Assembly: GCA_002347565.1 (NCBI GenBank)
Contig: DDXR01000038.1
Span: 9,909 to 73,908 of the forward strand
DNA: 64,000 bases
Direction: 5' to 3'
Source of the DNA: a bacterium UBP2_UBA2255
GTDB lineage: Bacteria; Edwardsbacteria; AC1; EtOH8
In this document: one piece after another, positions 18,369-28,435 of the stretch
How the letters are laid out: each line of letters begins with the position of its first letter
Position numbering within the stretch: position 1 is the stretch's first letter
The notes under the pieces: model-generated
The model's database searches: none
Seen by the model: the letters and a program-made list of their open reading frames with translations, nothing else
What the model was told of the DNA's origin: nothing
Position numbers and translations under genes: made by a program

Positions 18369-19526
18369 TCACTTCCCGGGTATGGCAGTAAGTGGAATCC
18401 ACTTCCAGCCGGATGCAGTCTTGATGTAGAGGTAGTTATTGTCGTAGGTGACGTCTCCCACCTCGCCCCCGGGATAACTTCCCGAGGGAGGCGCTATGGT
18501 TGATTTGAAATTCAGTTTCCCGTCTATCTTGACGTTGCCCTCGAAAAATCCGGCGTAGTTTGTGCCATAACCAGAAGCGGTGGCGTACACGCCGTACTTG
18601 GTCGACGAACTGGTGCCACCATCGGCCGAGAAATGTCCGCCGTATACCAACCCGGCGTAGTTATCCACATTGGTTGTGGCCCATGATTTCACGCCATAAA
18701 CAGGTCCGCCATTGTAGAATAAATACGCATAGGCATTCACGCCCCGCCGTTCACCCGTGCCGGAACTGCTGCCATTCGTCTGGAAATCGCCGGCATATGC
18801 CGCACCCGCGCCGCCGTTGTCGGCCAACCCATAGATGGCCCGGCGCAGGCCGGTGGCATTGTTGCCATAAACGTTCGCGGCAATGCCGTTGGCCGTCCCG
18901 GCGCCGGTGTTGTAGACCGTATCGACATAGCCGTACACCGCCGAGCCGCTGGCGGCGTCGACCCGCAGCGACAGGCCCAGCGATCCGGGATTGACCGACC
19001 AGCGCTGGCCGATGTGGTTGTGCGCAGCCAGCGGTGCGCTGCCGGCGGTGGTGGCATAGGTGGCACTGTCGGCCCGGGTGGCATGACCGGCATTCGTGGC
19101 ATTGGTTGCGTTGGTCGCGTTGGTGGCATTCGTCGCGCTGGTGGCCAAGGCAGCCTGGTACGACCATACCGAACGGGCCGCGTGGGTGATCAGCTTGCGC
19201 GGAGACAACGTCTCGCCATTGACCGTCACTTCCAGGAACAACTGCTCCAGCTCGAAGAGATCCGGATCGAGGAGCTCCGACTGTCCCAGTACGATGTTGT
19301 AGAAACCCTTGGTGACCGGAACGGCGGCATGCACCTCCTGCCACAGCGGCGAGGCGCCGACCGCGACATCATAGATCCGCACGGCCATGTCGACCGCCTC
19401 GTTGAGGGGCAGGGTATCGGCCGCTCCCGCCAGGTAGCCTTGGTAGTTCAGGTAGATCAGCGGCGGGGCTGCCTGGGCCGTTCCCGCCAGGGCCAACGCG
19501 ACAATGGCCAACAATGTGAAGCGCAT
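18369..19526 (-). CDS. secreted Gly/Tyr/Asn-rich repeat protein with an (ATN)5 tandem repeat
   Basis: Signal peptide MRFTLLAIVALALAGTAQA, a central SATNATNATNATNATNA repeat, and a YG-rich C-terminal half ending ...YDNNYLYIKTASGWKWIPL. Confidence 0.55.
   Translation of the reverse strand: MRFTLLAIVALALAGTAQAAPPLIYLNYQGYLAGAADTLPLNEAVDMAVRIYDVAVGASPLWQEVHAAVPVTKGFYNIVLGQSELLDPDLFELEQLFLEVTVNGETLSPRKLITHAARSVWSYQAALATSATNATNATNATNATNAGHATRADSATYATTAGSAPLAAHNHIGQRWSVNPGSLGLSLRVDAASGSAVYGYVDTVYNTGAGTANGIAANVYGNNATGLRRAIYGLADNGGAGAAYAGDFQTNGSSSGTGERRGVNAYAYLFYNGGPVYGVKSWATTNVDNYAGLVYGGHFSADGGTSSSTKYGVYATASGYGTNYAGFFEGNVKIDGKLNFKSTIAPPSGSYPGGEVGDVTYDNNYLYIKTASGWKWIPLTAIPGK
19086..19130 (-). repeat. 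five tandem 9-nt repeats (GCNACNAAY) encoding (Ala-Thr-Asn)5
   Basis: gcattcgtggcattggttgcgttggtcgcgttggtggcattcgtcgc seen in sequence; creates five N-A-T sequons. Confidence 0.7.
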
Positions 19527-19799
19527 GGTGGTGCTCCCGTGTTGTGTTGGTGACGGTTTCGTGCGGGCGACATGGCAAGAAAAACCTCTGCGGAGCGTGA
19601 TCGCGACAGCGCTCCTCCGGAAATCCCAGGACCATCGATTGCCGACGTTCAGTCGCATATGATCTCCCGGAAAGCCACGGACCCTGCCGGTCATGCCGTG
19701 TCTCTTTCCGGGGAAATACTAGCAGAATGCCGGTTGCATATCAAGCGATCGCCGGAAAAGATTAATGGGATACCGGGAACTGGCGCCCGTTCACTGCTG

Positions 19800-20630
19800 C
19801 TACGGCAGGCCCGGCGGGCCGGGGATGTTGGTCGGCCCGCCGCCGCTCGGCGGATCGCCCTTCTTGGTGGCGATGGCGATGGCGGTCGCCGTGCCTGCGG
19901 CCACGGCGACCGCCGAGGCCGCGACCAGCGCCGGGGCCGAGGCGTACCAGGCGGTCGAGGCGGCCGCGCCCAGGCTGCCGACCTTGATGGCCGCGCCGCC
20001 CCACAGCATCATGAACCCGACCTGGGCGGCGGTCATGGCCGACGGCTTCCTGGCCGCGCCGCCCCGCGGGACGGTGGTCATCATCTTTTCGCCCACCAGC
20101 ACCTCGGCGCCCCGCTCGCCGGCGATCGCCACCTCGCCCTTGAGCACGTCGAGCTCGGTGGAATCGCCCTCCACAAAGATGCCGAACACCGTGCCCCGCA
20201 CACCGGCCACAGCCGTCGGCGTGGTCACCGTGAACTTGCTGTCCTTGGACGCCAGCTTGCGGACGCACCCCAGCACCTTGCCGTTCATGGCCCGCATCGA
20301 GGTGACCGCCGCGGCCGGCTTCCGCTGCCGCTCCATCCGGTCAAGCACCAGCAGGCTCTTGTCCTTGAGCTTGACGATGCTGCCGTCATCCAGTGTGATC
20401 TCGGCCTCGGCCTCGGCTTCCGAGGATATCTTGTCGCCGGGATACAGCCGGGACCTCAGCGCCGCCGGGATCCAGTCGTTGGAGCCCCGGCGCTGGATCT
20501 CCACCCTGCCCTTGACGAAGCTGAGCTTGGCCTGGGTCGGCTTGAACTCGGCCAGGGCCGGGCCGGCCTGCGACAGCAGCATCGCGGCCAGCAGCATCAC
20601 GGCGGCCGGCCGGCTGGGGGTCATCTTCAT
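19800..20630 (-). CDS. FecR domain protein (anti-sigma/regulator-like) with signal peptide and C-terminal Ala-rich hydrophobic tail
   Basis: AKLSFVKGRVEIQRRGSNDWIPAALRSRLYPGDKISSEAEAEAEITLDDGSIVKLKDKSLLVL is a FecR-family signature; no ECF sigma gene is adjacent. Confidence 0.6.
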   Translation of the reverse strand: MKMTPSRPAAVMLLAAMLLSQAGPALAEFKPTQAKLSFVKGRVEIQRRGSNDWIPAALRSRLYPGDKISSEAEAEAEITLDDGSIVKLKDKSLLVLDRMERQRKPAAAVTSMRAMNGKVLGCVRKLASKDSKFTVTTPTAVAGVRGTVFGIFVEGDSTELDVLKGEVAIAGERGAEVLVGEKMMTTVPRGGAARKPSAMTAAQVGFMMLWGGAAIKVGSLGAAASTAWYASAPALVAASAVAVAAGTATAIAIATKKGDPPSGGGPTNIPGPPGLP

Positions 20631-20692
20631 GGTCCACCTCGCGTCTGCGTGTCGGGTCGTGGGTCCGTTCTTGGTCGTCATGGCGGCGCCTC

Positions 20693-23600
20693 CTATCTCA
20701 CCCGGACCAGCTTCTGGGTGCGGGCCTGATCATCGAACTCCAGCCGGACGAAGTACAGGCCGGCCGCGGCCGCCATCCGGCCGTTGTCGGTCCCGTCCCA
20801 GCGCGCGGCATAGTACCCCGCCTCCTGGCGCCCCTCGGCCAGGGTCCGCACCAGCTGGCCGGCCACATTGTAGACCTTCAGGCCGACCCTTCCGGTGCGC
20901 GGCAGCTGATAGCTGATGACCGCGCTGCCGGCGCAGGGATTGGGCGAGACCCGTTCCAGGCCGAAGGCCAGCGGCCTGAGGTCCAGGCTGCCGATCGGCC
21001 GGTCGCTGCAGATCACCGCGAACTCGCGCGATCCAGTCAGGGTGACCGCGACCGGTCCGGAGATCTCGGTGGCCGTGCCCAGCTTGCGGTCGACCAGGTA
21101 CGCGCGCTGGCCGGCGGCCAGGGCGCCGCTGGGCTCGAGCCGGATGGTCGCCCGGGCCTCGGGATCGGACTGCCGCACGACCAGCGGCCACTCCAGGTGC
21201 GCGGCCGGCGGCCGGAAATCGTAGTGGTAGGCCGCGCAGGGCCCCTGACCCCACTCGGGGTGCGGGATCTCGGCCGAGACGGCGTCCGACACCAGCGGCG
21301 GCTTCTCGGCATCCAGCCGGTCGTAGCCTGCGGCGGCCTGGGGAGAGACGCCCATCACCAGCCCGCGGTCCGCTCCGGCGTTGGACTCGACGTCGATCCG
21401 CACCTGCCACAGCTGATCAGCCGCTGGCGGCGATCCCACCCCCGGCTGCGCCTTGGCCGCCAAGAAACGCAGGTAGCAGCTTCCCACCGCGTATACCGCG
21501 TAGCCGCCCCAGGGCTGGATCTGCGAGCTCTCGTTGAACGGCGTCAGCGTGTCCCAAACGCCGTTGTTGTAGAGGTCGGGGCTGTTGTCGGTGTACGTCC
21601 ACACCCGCTGGCGCAGCATGGTGTTGTTGACGGCGCCGCTGTTGTCGTCGAACCGGTACGACGGTCCGGTGTCGCGGCTGACCTCGAGCCCGCCCAGCTG
21701 CAGCGCCGACAGGTAGGGATCCCCGAACAGGTTCCAGCCTGGCTCCATGGCCAGCACCGTCTGGGGATTGGTGTTCGGGGTGCAGCTGACGCTGAGCGTG
21801 GCGGTGTCGACCGTCGCCAGCCAGTAGCCGCGGCCGTTATGGACGGCCGGACGCTCGACATACCGGGCCTGCTGGGCACTGTAGCCGAACATCCGCCAGC
21901 TGGCGCTGCCGTATGAGCCCAGCGAAGGTCCGAGCGCCCCCACCGCGGTCGACTCGGCCGGGATGGCCGGGATCGACATCAGCTGGTAGCGGCGTCCCGG
22001 CCAAAGGGTCGTGACCGCCTGCGGGCTGGCCGTCGTGAATATGGCACCGGCGACCCCCGCCAGCGGGTTCCCGGAACTGTCGCGGGCGCCGGTGACGGTG
22101 AACGAGTACTCGGTCGCCGGGGCGAACCGGGCGTGGGACAGCGTCAGGTAGGTGCCGGCCGCGTTCCAGCTGCGGGACCATCCGGACACCGCCGGGCTGC
22201 AGACGAAGGTGACGCTGGTGTCCGTCACGCCCTTGGAGAACCCGATCACCACGTCCTGCGTCAGTCCGACGCCGGTGTCGCCGTTGGCGGGCGAGAGGGA
22301 TACGACCGCGGGTGCGCCGCTGTCGAAGGGCGCCCATATCGCAAATGAATCGCGGCCCAGCGTGAAGTCGAAGGAGTCCGCGAAGGCGCCGGCGTGGCCG
22401 AGCACGATCGCTCCGCCGTCGGCGGCGGCGCCGGGGTTGCGCTGCGCGACGGCCGGGCCGGACCAGCCCGGCAGGGCTCCGCGCCGGTAGCGGCCGGCGG
22501 CCATGGCCGCCTCGTGCGCCGCTTCGGTGAAGCCGGGAGGGTTGAAGTCGGCCGGGGTATAGGACAACCGGAGATCGAACCCGCCCAGCGCGATGCCGGT
22601 GGAGGCGAACGTCCAATGCTTGCGCAGGCAGGCCGCGGCGTTGGACACCATGGGATGGGGCTGGCCGCTGACGCCGGCGCTGACGTAGCCCGGTGCGCTG
22701 GGGCTGAATGGCTGCAGCTGGACCGGCGAGTAGCCGGCGGCCACGGTGCCAAGGTCGTAGGCCACCAGGGTGTCGCTGGTCCGGATGTACCGCCGCAGGG
22801 TGCCGTCGATATATCCGCCGGCCCGGGTGACAGAACCCGTACTGTCGACGGTCAGCGTGCGGCCGCCGGTGACCAACGCGCCCTGGGCCAGGGACAGGTT
22901 CCCGGCGACCGTCCGGTCGGCGTGCAGCGTCAGCGGCCCGCCGGTGCTGACCGAGACGTTGCGGGGCCCGTCGCTGACCGGGAACTCGCCTTCGCCGGTG
23001 ATGCCGGCGCCGGCCAGCTCATAGACCAGGCTGGCCGCCGGCCGGTACTGCAGCCAGTTGCTGTTGACCGCCCCGCTCCGCCGGACGCAGGCGCCCCTGA
23101 TCGGCAGCGGGGCGCCCAGGTTGACGCCGGCAGTGCGATCCAGCACCAGGGTGTCGAGGCCGGAGACCGTTGCCGGGATCAGGATGGGCGCGGGATCGTT
23201 GCCGGCCACGGCCAGCCGCGATGTGCTGTCCGCCAGCAGGTCGCCGCCGAAGTAGCCGATCTGCCCCAGCAGCGCCAGGCGGCGGGCGCCGACCCGCAGG
23301 GCTCCGGCGTTCAGCTTCAGCGTATCCCGCACCGCAAGGTTCCGCGTCAGGATGACGTTGTCACCGGAGCTCTCGACCACCAGCTGTCGCACCGTGTCCG
23401 GGAAGCCGGGGCCGGTCGGATACGGGCCGGTCGACAGCGAATAGAAGAAGTAGTCGGCGTCCTGGCTGTACTGCCGGGCGCCTCCGACCCGCACCGGTCC
23501 CAGGTCCTGGCCGGGCGGATGCAGTCCCTCGACGTCGGTCATCCCCAGCGCGGCGCCAGGCAGCAGCTGGAACCAGCCCAGGCTGTTCTGCCCGACGTTG

Positions 23601-25642
23601 CTCCATTGCTCGATCACCAGGAAGGCGCCGGGATCGACCCGGTAGTTGACGTGGCCGGTCAACATCTCGCCGCTGGCGGAGTAGCGCTGCATGGCGGCAC
23701 CGCAGAAGACGATGGTGGTCGAGTCCGGCCCGCCGCCGGCGATTCCGGCCACAAGGTGATAGTAATCGCCCCGCAGGAAGAGCGTGGAGATGCCGGGGCT
23801 GGACGTGTCCGTCAGGTGGAGCCAGGCGGGATCGTAGACGGTGAAGCTTCCGTTGACCGTGACCGAGCGCATCCCGCCGCCGCCCAGGACGACTTCGTTG
23901 CCGCTCCCCTGGAGCAGGAGATCGCCGTTGATGGTCAGATCCGGCACCGCCGGGCTGGTCAGGAACAGCCGGCTTCCCCCCGTCGACATCACCTCGAGCC
24001 CGCGCAGGGCGAATGCCGGCCCGCCGGGTAGAACGATGTCGCCGGACTGGTCGGGGCAGTACCAGCGGATTTCGCCGAAGGACTGGTTCATCCCCGCGGG
24101 AGCCAGGTTCTGGACATCCGCAATGTAGAGCGTGGAGAAGGGGCTCCAGTCTGCCGTCGGGATCGCGCCGCCGTTGACGGCATGGGTGTACTGGCTGTAG
24201 GCGTCGAACACCAGCGTCGCGCCCGGCGACTGGGTGAAGCTCCCGCCGGAGAACTGGTAGACGCCGCTGACGAACAGATCGTCTCCCAGGCCGTCGGCGA
24301 TCGTCAGGTCGGATCCCAGCTGCGCCAGCGTGCCCTCGACGCGCAGCTGGTCGATCGTGATGGCCGGGCCGCCGATGTCAAGGATGATGGCATGGCCGGC
24401 CTGGATGGTGACGATGCTGTCGCCGACGCCCGATGGGCAGAGGCTGTCCGGGTTGCCCCAGGTCAGGCCGCCGTTGTCCGAGTACTCCCACGAGGAGGGC
24501 GCCAGCCACTGCCCGCTCGCCGTCGCGCTGCGCCAAATGCGGCCTGGCACCTTGCCGATCACCGGCACCCAATCCAGGCCGCTGGCCGCCACGTAGACGT
24601 CGCCGCCGTTGTCCACCTTCAGGTCCACCGGGCGGGCATAGGCGGCACCCAGGTAAACGCTGGCCGCCAGCAGCGGGCTGGCGCCCCGGGGGTCGACGAT
24701 CCGGACATAGCCGTTGTTGCAGTCGGCGCAGTAGATCAGCGAGTCGGACGGGTTGTAGACGATGGCGGCGATCGAGTCGCCCACGGCCACCGAGTCGGCG
24801 TTCCCCAGCTCGTCGATGGCGTACAACGAGCGGCTGCTGGCCCCGTTGCAGGCGACGAACATCTTGTTATTGAGCGGGCACAGCGCGAACCCGGCCGGGT
24901 TATCACCGACGATGGGGCTGGCCAGCAGCATGTTGCTGGCGGTGTTGATGATCGCCACGCGGTCGACCAGGGAGAGGGCCGCGTACAGGCGGCTGATTGC
25001 CGGGTTCGCCCCCATCCGCTTGTTGCCGGAGGCCAGGCCCGAGATCTCGAGGGCCGCGACCTTGGCGTTGGTCGCGCCGCTGAACACGCCCAGCGAGTCG
25101 CCGCTGTACCAGGGGATGTAGACGCTGTTGGTCGGCTGGTAGTACAGCATCGGGCCGGCGAAGCCGTTGATGGCGGCGTTGTAGGTGTAGCCCGCGGAGT
25201 TGTAGACGTGGGTCTGCCCCGAGAAGTCGTCGAACAGGTAGATCTTGCCGTTGTCCGGGTTGTACTCCACCGCCAGCCCGCCCTGGAACCCGCCCACGGT
25301 CGTGTCCTCGGTGTTGGCAGCGCAGTCGATGGCGCACAGCTCGTCATTGCCTTTCATGTAAAGCAGATTGGCGGCAGCGTTGTACACCATCGGGCCGGTC
25401 ATGAACGAACCAGGCAGCTGCCCCAGCGACGAATCGTTGGCGCAATTCACCGCCAGCACCATGTTGTAAGCGTTGGCGGCGCAGTACATCCGGTTGCTGG
25501 CCGGGCTGAAGCCGAGATTCAGCAGCTGCGGTCCGGTGGCGCCCACGATGATCTGCTTCTTGACGCCATAACTGGCTGCCGACAACAACGTGGCGGGAAT
25601 GAGCAAACAAACCGCCATGATGCCGATCGTCCGATTTCTCAT
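20693..25642 (-). CDS. giant (1649 aa) T9SS-secreted surface protein: N-terminal YVTN/NHL-type beta-propeller repeats, beta-helix-like region, Ig-like (SbsA/Big_5-like) domain, C-terminal Por sorting domain
   Basis: Signal peptide MAVCLLIPATLLSAASYG. Repeated NP-x-x-x-LY/VYV propeller blades (YNPSDSLIYCADCNNGYVRIVD and similar). Ig-like VVSLSPANGDTGV...VTFVCSPA. T9SS CTD GLKVYNVAGQLVRTL...GLYFVRLEFDDQARTQKLVRVR. Confidence 0.7.
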   Translation of the reverse strand: MRNRTIGIMAVCLLIPATLLSAASYGVKKQIIVGATGPQLLNLGFSPASNRMYCAANAYNMVLAVNCANDSSLGQLPGSFMTGPMVYNAAANLLYMKGNDELCAIDCAANTEDTTVGGFQGGLAVEYNPDNGKIYLFDDFSGQTHVYNSAGYTYNAAINGFAGPMLYYQPTNSVYIPWYSGDSLGVFSGATNAKVAALEISGLASGNKRMGANPAISRLYAALSLVDRVAIINTASNMLLASPIVGDNPAGFALCPLNNKMFVACNGASSRSLYAIDELGNADSVAVGDSIAAIVYNPSDSLIYCADCNNGYVRIVDPRGASPLLAASVYLGAAYARPVDLKVDNGGDVYVAASGLDWVPVIGKVPGRIWRSATASGQWLAPSSWEYSDNGGLTWGNPDSLCPSGVGDSIVTIQAGHAIILDIGGPAITIDQLRVEGTLAQLGSDLTIADGLGDDLFVSGVYQFSGGSFTQSPGATLVFDAYSQYTHAVNGGAIPTADWSPFSTLYIADVQNLAPAGMNQSFGEIRWYCPDQSGDIVLPGGPAFALRGLEVMSTGGSRLFLTSPAVPDLTINGDLLLQGSGNEVVLGGGGMRSVTVNGSFTVYDPAWLHLTDTSSPGISTLFLRGDYYHLVAGIAGGGPDSTTIVFCGAAMQRYSASGEMLTGHVNYRVDPGAFLVIEQWSNVGQNSLGWFQLLPGAALGMTDVEGLHPPGQDLGPVRVGGARQYSQDADYFFYSLSTGPYPTGPGFPDTVRQLVVESSGDNVILTRNLAVRDTLKLNAGALRVGARRLALLGQIGYFGGDLLADSTSRLAVAGNDPAPILIPATVSGLDTLVLDRTAGVNLGAPLPIRGACVRRSGAVNSNWLQYRPAASLVYELAGAGITGEGEFPVSDGPRNVSVSTGGPLTLHADRTVAGNLSLAQGALVTGGRTLTVDSTGSVTRAGGYIDGTLRRYIRTSDTLVAYDLGTVAAGYSPVQLQPFSPSAPGYVSAGVSGQPHPMVSNAAACLRKHWTFASTGIALGGFDLRLSYTPADFNPPGFTEAAHEAAMAAGRYRRGALPGWSGPAVAQRNPGAAADGGAIVLGHAGAFADSFDFTLGRDSFAIWAPFDSGAPAVVSLSPANGDTGVGLTQDVVIGFSKGVTDTSVTFVCSPAVSGWSRSWNAAGTYLTLSHARFAPATEYSFTVTGARDSSGNPLAGVAGAIFTTASPQAVTTLWPGRRYQLMSIPAIPAESTAVGALGPSLGSYGSASWRMFGYSAQQARYVERPAVHNGRGYWLATVDTATLSVSCTPNTNPQTVLAMEPGWNLFGDPYLSALQLGGLEVSRDTGPSYRFDDNSGAVNNTMLRQRVWTYTDNSPDLYNNGVWDTLTPFNESSQIQPWGGYAVYAVGSCYLRFLAAKAQPGVGSPPAADQLWQVRIDVESNAGADRGLVMGVSPQAAAGYDRLDAEKPPLVSDAVSAEIPHPEWGQGPCAAYHYDFRPPAAHLEWPLVVRQSDPEARATIRLEPSGALAAGQRAYLVDRKLGTATEISGPVAVTLTGSREFAVICSDRPIGSLDLRPLAFGLERVSPNPCAGSAVISYQLPRTGRVGLKVYNVAGQLVRTLAEGRQEAGYYAARWDGTDNGRMAAAAGLYFVRLEFDDQARTQKLVRVR

Positions 25643-25824
25643 GGTTGCTCCCTTTCTAGGAGATGTGTATAACGACTAAATCTTGCAATAGCCATGCCAA
25701 ACACACCGATATCTATAATTCATTATTTATCAAATGGTTGACTAATGATATCTTTATGGAAACAACCAATGACATTATGATTTTTCATATCTATTACTGT
25801 CTAGCATTGCTGTTTTTTATATCA

Positions 25825-26250
25825 TCAGTCTGTCTCCACTTCAATATCGATCTCATCGATTTCCAAAGGATTATTCGGCAATGGAACAGTGATGGCGTCT
25901 TGCATATCGAACAACCGGGAAGCTTGTTGTTTTTTCCTCGCTCGCCTGGTGATTGGCATGGCCCCCGCGCTGGCGGCTTCGTTCTCCGGGGCCCGCTTCC
26001 CGCTGGCGGTCCTCTGCCGGAGCAGCGCCGCGGGGTTCAGCGAGATGCCGCTCTGCGACAGGCGCTGGTCCAGGCCGGTGGCGAAATTGCCGCCCTCGTC
26101 CAGCGCGGCCATCAGCTCGGCCAACGCCTCGTCTGACAGATTCAGCCCCAGCGTTCCGACGGTGCCCTCCAGGTCGGATTCCAGCCGGCGGCGGAACTCG
26201 TCGTCCGCGAGCGCGCGGTCGAGGATCAGCTGGACGTCTTTATCCGTCAT
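25825..26250 (-). CDS. Nif11/NHLP-like leader-domain protein (leader ends in GG) with an 85-aa Cys-free acidic C-terminal region
   Basis: MTDKDVQLILDRALADDEFRRRLESDLEGTVGTLGLNLSDEALAELMAALDEGG resembles Nif11/nitrile-hydratase-leader-peptide type RiPP leaders, including the terminal GG. GGAGGAG RBS 7 nt upstream. Assignment by pattern only. Confidence 0.35.
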   Translation of the reverse strand: MTDKDVQLILDRALADDEFRRRLESDLEGTVGTLGLNLSDEALAELMAALDEGGNFATGLDQRLSQSGISLNPAALLRQRTASGKRAPENEAASAGAMPITRRARKKQQASRLFDMQDAITVPLPNNPLEIDEIDIEVETD

Positions 26251-26333
26251 GGCTGAATCTCCTCCCCGCCAAAAACGCTACGTACGCTAAACCGTTTTCG
26301 CGCAGTTCGCGTCCTTCGCGGGGATACGGTTGA

Positions 26334-26546
26334 TCAGTCCAGCTCCTCCAGCTCCACCGGCTCGTTCTTGGGATGGCAGACGCCGCAGAACACCGCGTCC
26401 GCCGTGGCGATGCCCTTGAGCTTCTGGTCCCTCGTCCGGTAGACCGTGATCAGGTTGGGCAGCTTGCGGGCGTGCTCCTTGCACACCGCCCGGCCGCAGA
26501 AGCTGCAGACGGCGTTGGCCGGCCGTTCGCAATGCCAGCATTCCAT
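26334..26546 (-). CDS. small zinc-ribbon protein (DUF2180-like; CxxC-CxxC-CxxH-CxxCH)
   Basis: MECWHCERPANAVCSFCGRAVCKEHAR...FCGVCHP carries four Cys/His pairs. Confidence 0.5.
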   Translation of the reverse strand: MECWHCERPANAVCSFCGRAVCKEHARKLPNLITVYRTRDQKLKGIATADAVFCGVCHPKNEPVELEELD

Positions 26547-26638
26547 GTGGTTCTCTCCTGTCGTGGTATGTGGCGATTTCCAGACGATGGAACGGGAACA
26601 GCGCCAGCGCTGCCGCTACACGCCGGAACCCACAGTCA

Positions 26639-28429
26639 TTATACCTGCAGCAGCTCATCCCGGCGCGTCTGGTAACGGATCCTGGGGGTCGCGGCGAACA
26701 GCCCGGCATACAATCCCGCTGCACGCTGCCGCTGGTCTTTCGACTTGGTGATCTGGAACATTTCATACGCGATATCGGCGATATTTTCCGGTCGCTGGTG
26801 CCGCTGCGAGAGCTTTTTCAGTTGCGCCACTGCGGCGCCGGCATCGCACCGCGCCTTGAGCCGAGCGTCCAGCAAGCCGCAGCGCAACTGCATCTCGATC
26901 CGGCCCATTCCATCAGCGATGGCCAAGGCTTCGGTGTTGAGGGCGCGGGCCTGATCGCAGCGGCCCAGTCTGAAGCAGAGGTCGGCGCTGTCATGCAAGG
27001 CGTCGGCCAACAGGTGCTGGAAGCCGATCTCCCGGCTGCCGGCGATTGCCCGATCAAAGTGCCGTTGCGCCACCGCGGGATCGCCCGTTTCCCGGGACAG
27101 CCTGCCCAGGCAATTCTCGATCGTCGCGGTCATGACCGGATCGCGCAGCCGCTCCGCGGCGGCCGCGACCCGCTGATAGATCTCGCGGGCCGCACCATAT
27201 TCGCCCGTGTTGTAATGATAGTTCCCCAGCATGCCCTCGATCGTTGCCATGCCCCGTTCGTCCCCCAGCGACCGGAAGGTCGCCAACGCTTCGTCCAGCA
27301 GAGCCTTTGCCTGATGGTAGCGGCCCAGTTCCAGATCGATGGTGCCCAGGTTTCCCGTGGCGTTGGCCGCGGTATAGCCGTCCCCATATTCTTTCGCGAT
27401 CTCCGCCGACTCGCCGGCCAAGGCCGTCGCCTGCTCGAACCGCTCCTGAAAGATCAAGACATTGCTTTTATTGACCAGGGTGATGCCCGTATACAGCGGG
27501 TGGACCGACCGGGCGACCGCGAGCCCCTGTTCGCAGAATGCGAGTGCTCCGTCCGCATCGCCCCGGTAGAGGGTCGCCACGCTGTTGCTGTTGAGTGCGC
27601 TGATCTGGAGCAGGCGATCGCCGGTGCGGAGCCCCACCTCCAGCGCCCTGCTGCCGCGCACCACCGCTGCGGCGAACCGTCCCTCGACGAACTCGATGTT
27701 GGCCAGCATCAGGCAGGTCTGGCCCTCCAGTATCGGGCTGTTGACGGTCCGGTTTTCTTCCAGTATCTCCTGGCACAGCCGCCGTGCCTGTGCGTAGCGC
27801 GAACGGAAAAAATGCGCGTTGACCTGCCCCAACTTGGCATTGAGACGGGTATCCCGTTTGCCCAGGCCGTCGAACAGCTCGATGGATCGGAGATAGGCCT
27901 CGTCCGCGCCCTCGTATTCCTTGAGCTGAATGCGGGTGTTCGCCGAATTGAGCAGCGCCTTGCCGATCCCTTCCAAGTCCCCGCATTCCTCCGCCACCAT
28001 GCGCTGCTGCTGGTAGTAGTAGAGCGCTTGGTCGAACGCCCGGGCATTAAAGCTGACGATGCCCAGGTTATTGAGCGCCCGCCACACGCATTCCTTGGCG
28101 TCCAGCTCGTGCGCCAATGCCAGGGCCTCGGTGAGCAGCGCAACGCCCTTGGCCGGGTCTCCAACGACGCCAGTGCAATACCCCGACCGCATCTTGAATT
28201 TGGCGGTTTCCAGCCCCGCCGGAGCCGTGCTCAGCCACGCCAGGGCATCGTCGTAGATCGCGGCTGCCTCATCGAACCTGTTGCCGCCTTCCAGCAGGTA
28301 GCCTTTTTCATAGAGGATGCCGGTCGGCAGGAACGCCACGCCCGCGGCTGAGGCCTTCGACACCCACAGCCTTCTCAGCGCGAAAGCCTTCCTCGGGCAG
28401 GGGGCGGCCGACTGCGGCGCAACGGGCAC
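26639..28429 (-). CDS. TPR repeat protein (about 12 TPR-like repeats)
   Basis: Repeated A-x-x-x-Y/L-x-x-A-L motifs throughout; 6-nt gap to the upstream membrane protease gene. Confidence 0.6.
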   Translation of the reverse strand: MPVAPQSAAPCPRKAFALRRLWVSKASAAGVAFLPTGILYEKGYLLEGGNRFDEAAAIYDDALAWLSTAPAGLETAKFKMRSGYCTGVVGDPAKGVALLTEALALAHELDAKECVWRALNNLGIVSFNARAFDQALYYYQQQRMVAEECGDLEGIGKALLNSANTRIQLKEYEGADEAYLRSIELFDGLGKRDTRLNAKLGQVNAHFFRSRYAQARRLCQEILEENRTVNSPILEGQTCLMLANIEFVEGRFAAAVVRGSRALEVGLRTGDRLLQISALNSNSVATLYRGDADGALAFCEQGLAVARSVHPLYTGITLVNKSNVLIFQERFEQATALAGESAEIAKEYGDGYTAANATGNLGTIDLELGRYHQAKALLDEALATFRSLGDERGMATIEGMLGNYHYNTGEYGAAREIYQRVAAAAERLRDPVMTATIENCLGRLSRETGDPAVAQRHFDRAIAGSREIGFQHLLADALHDSADLCFRLGRCDQARALNTEALAIADGMGRIEMQLRCGLLDARLKARCDAGAAVAQLKKLSQRHQRPENIADIAYEMFQITKSKDQRQRAAGLYAGLFAATPRIRYQTRRDELLQV

Positions 28430-28435
28430 GGCGGT

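Noticed and set aside
25643-25824. Specific promoter elements in the AT-rich region upstream of the giant T9SS gene
   Set aside because: Several TTG...TAnnnT combinations are possible and none is clearly best. The region is noted only as AT-rich and promoter-containing, with a GGGAG RBS before the ATG at 25642.
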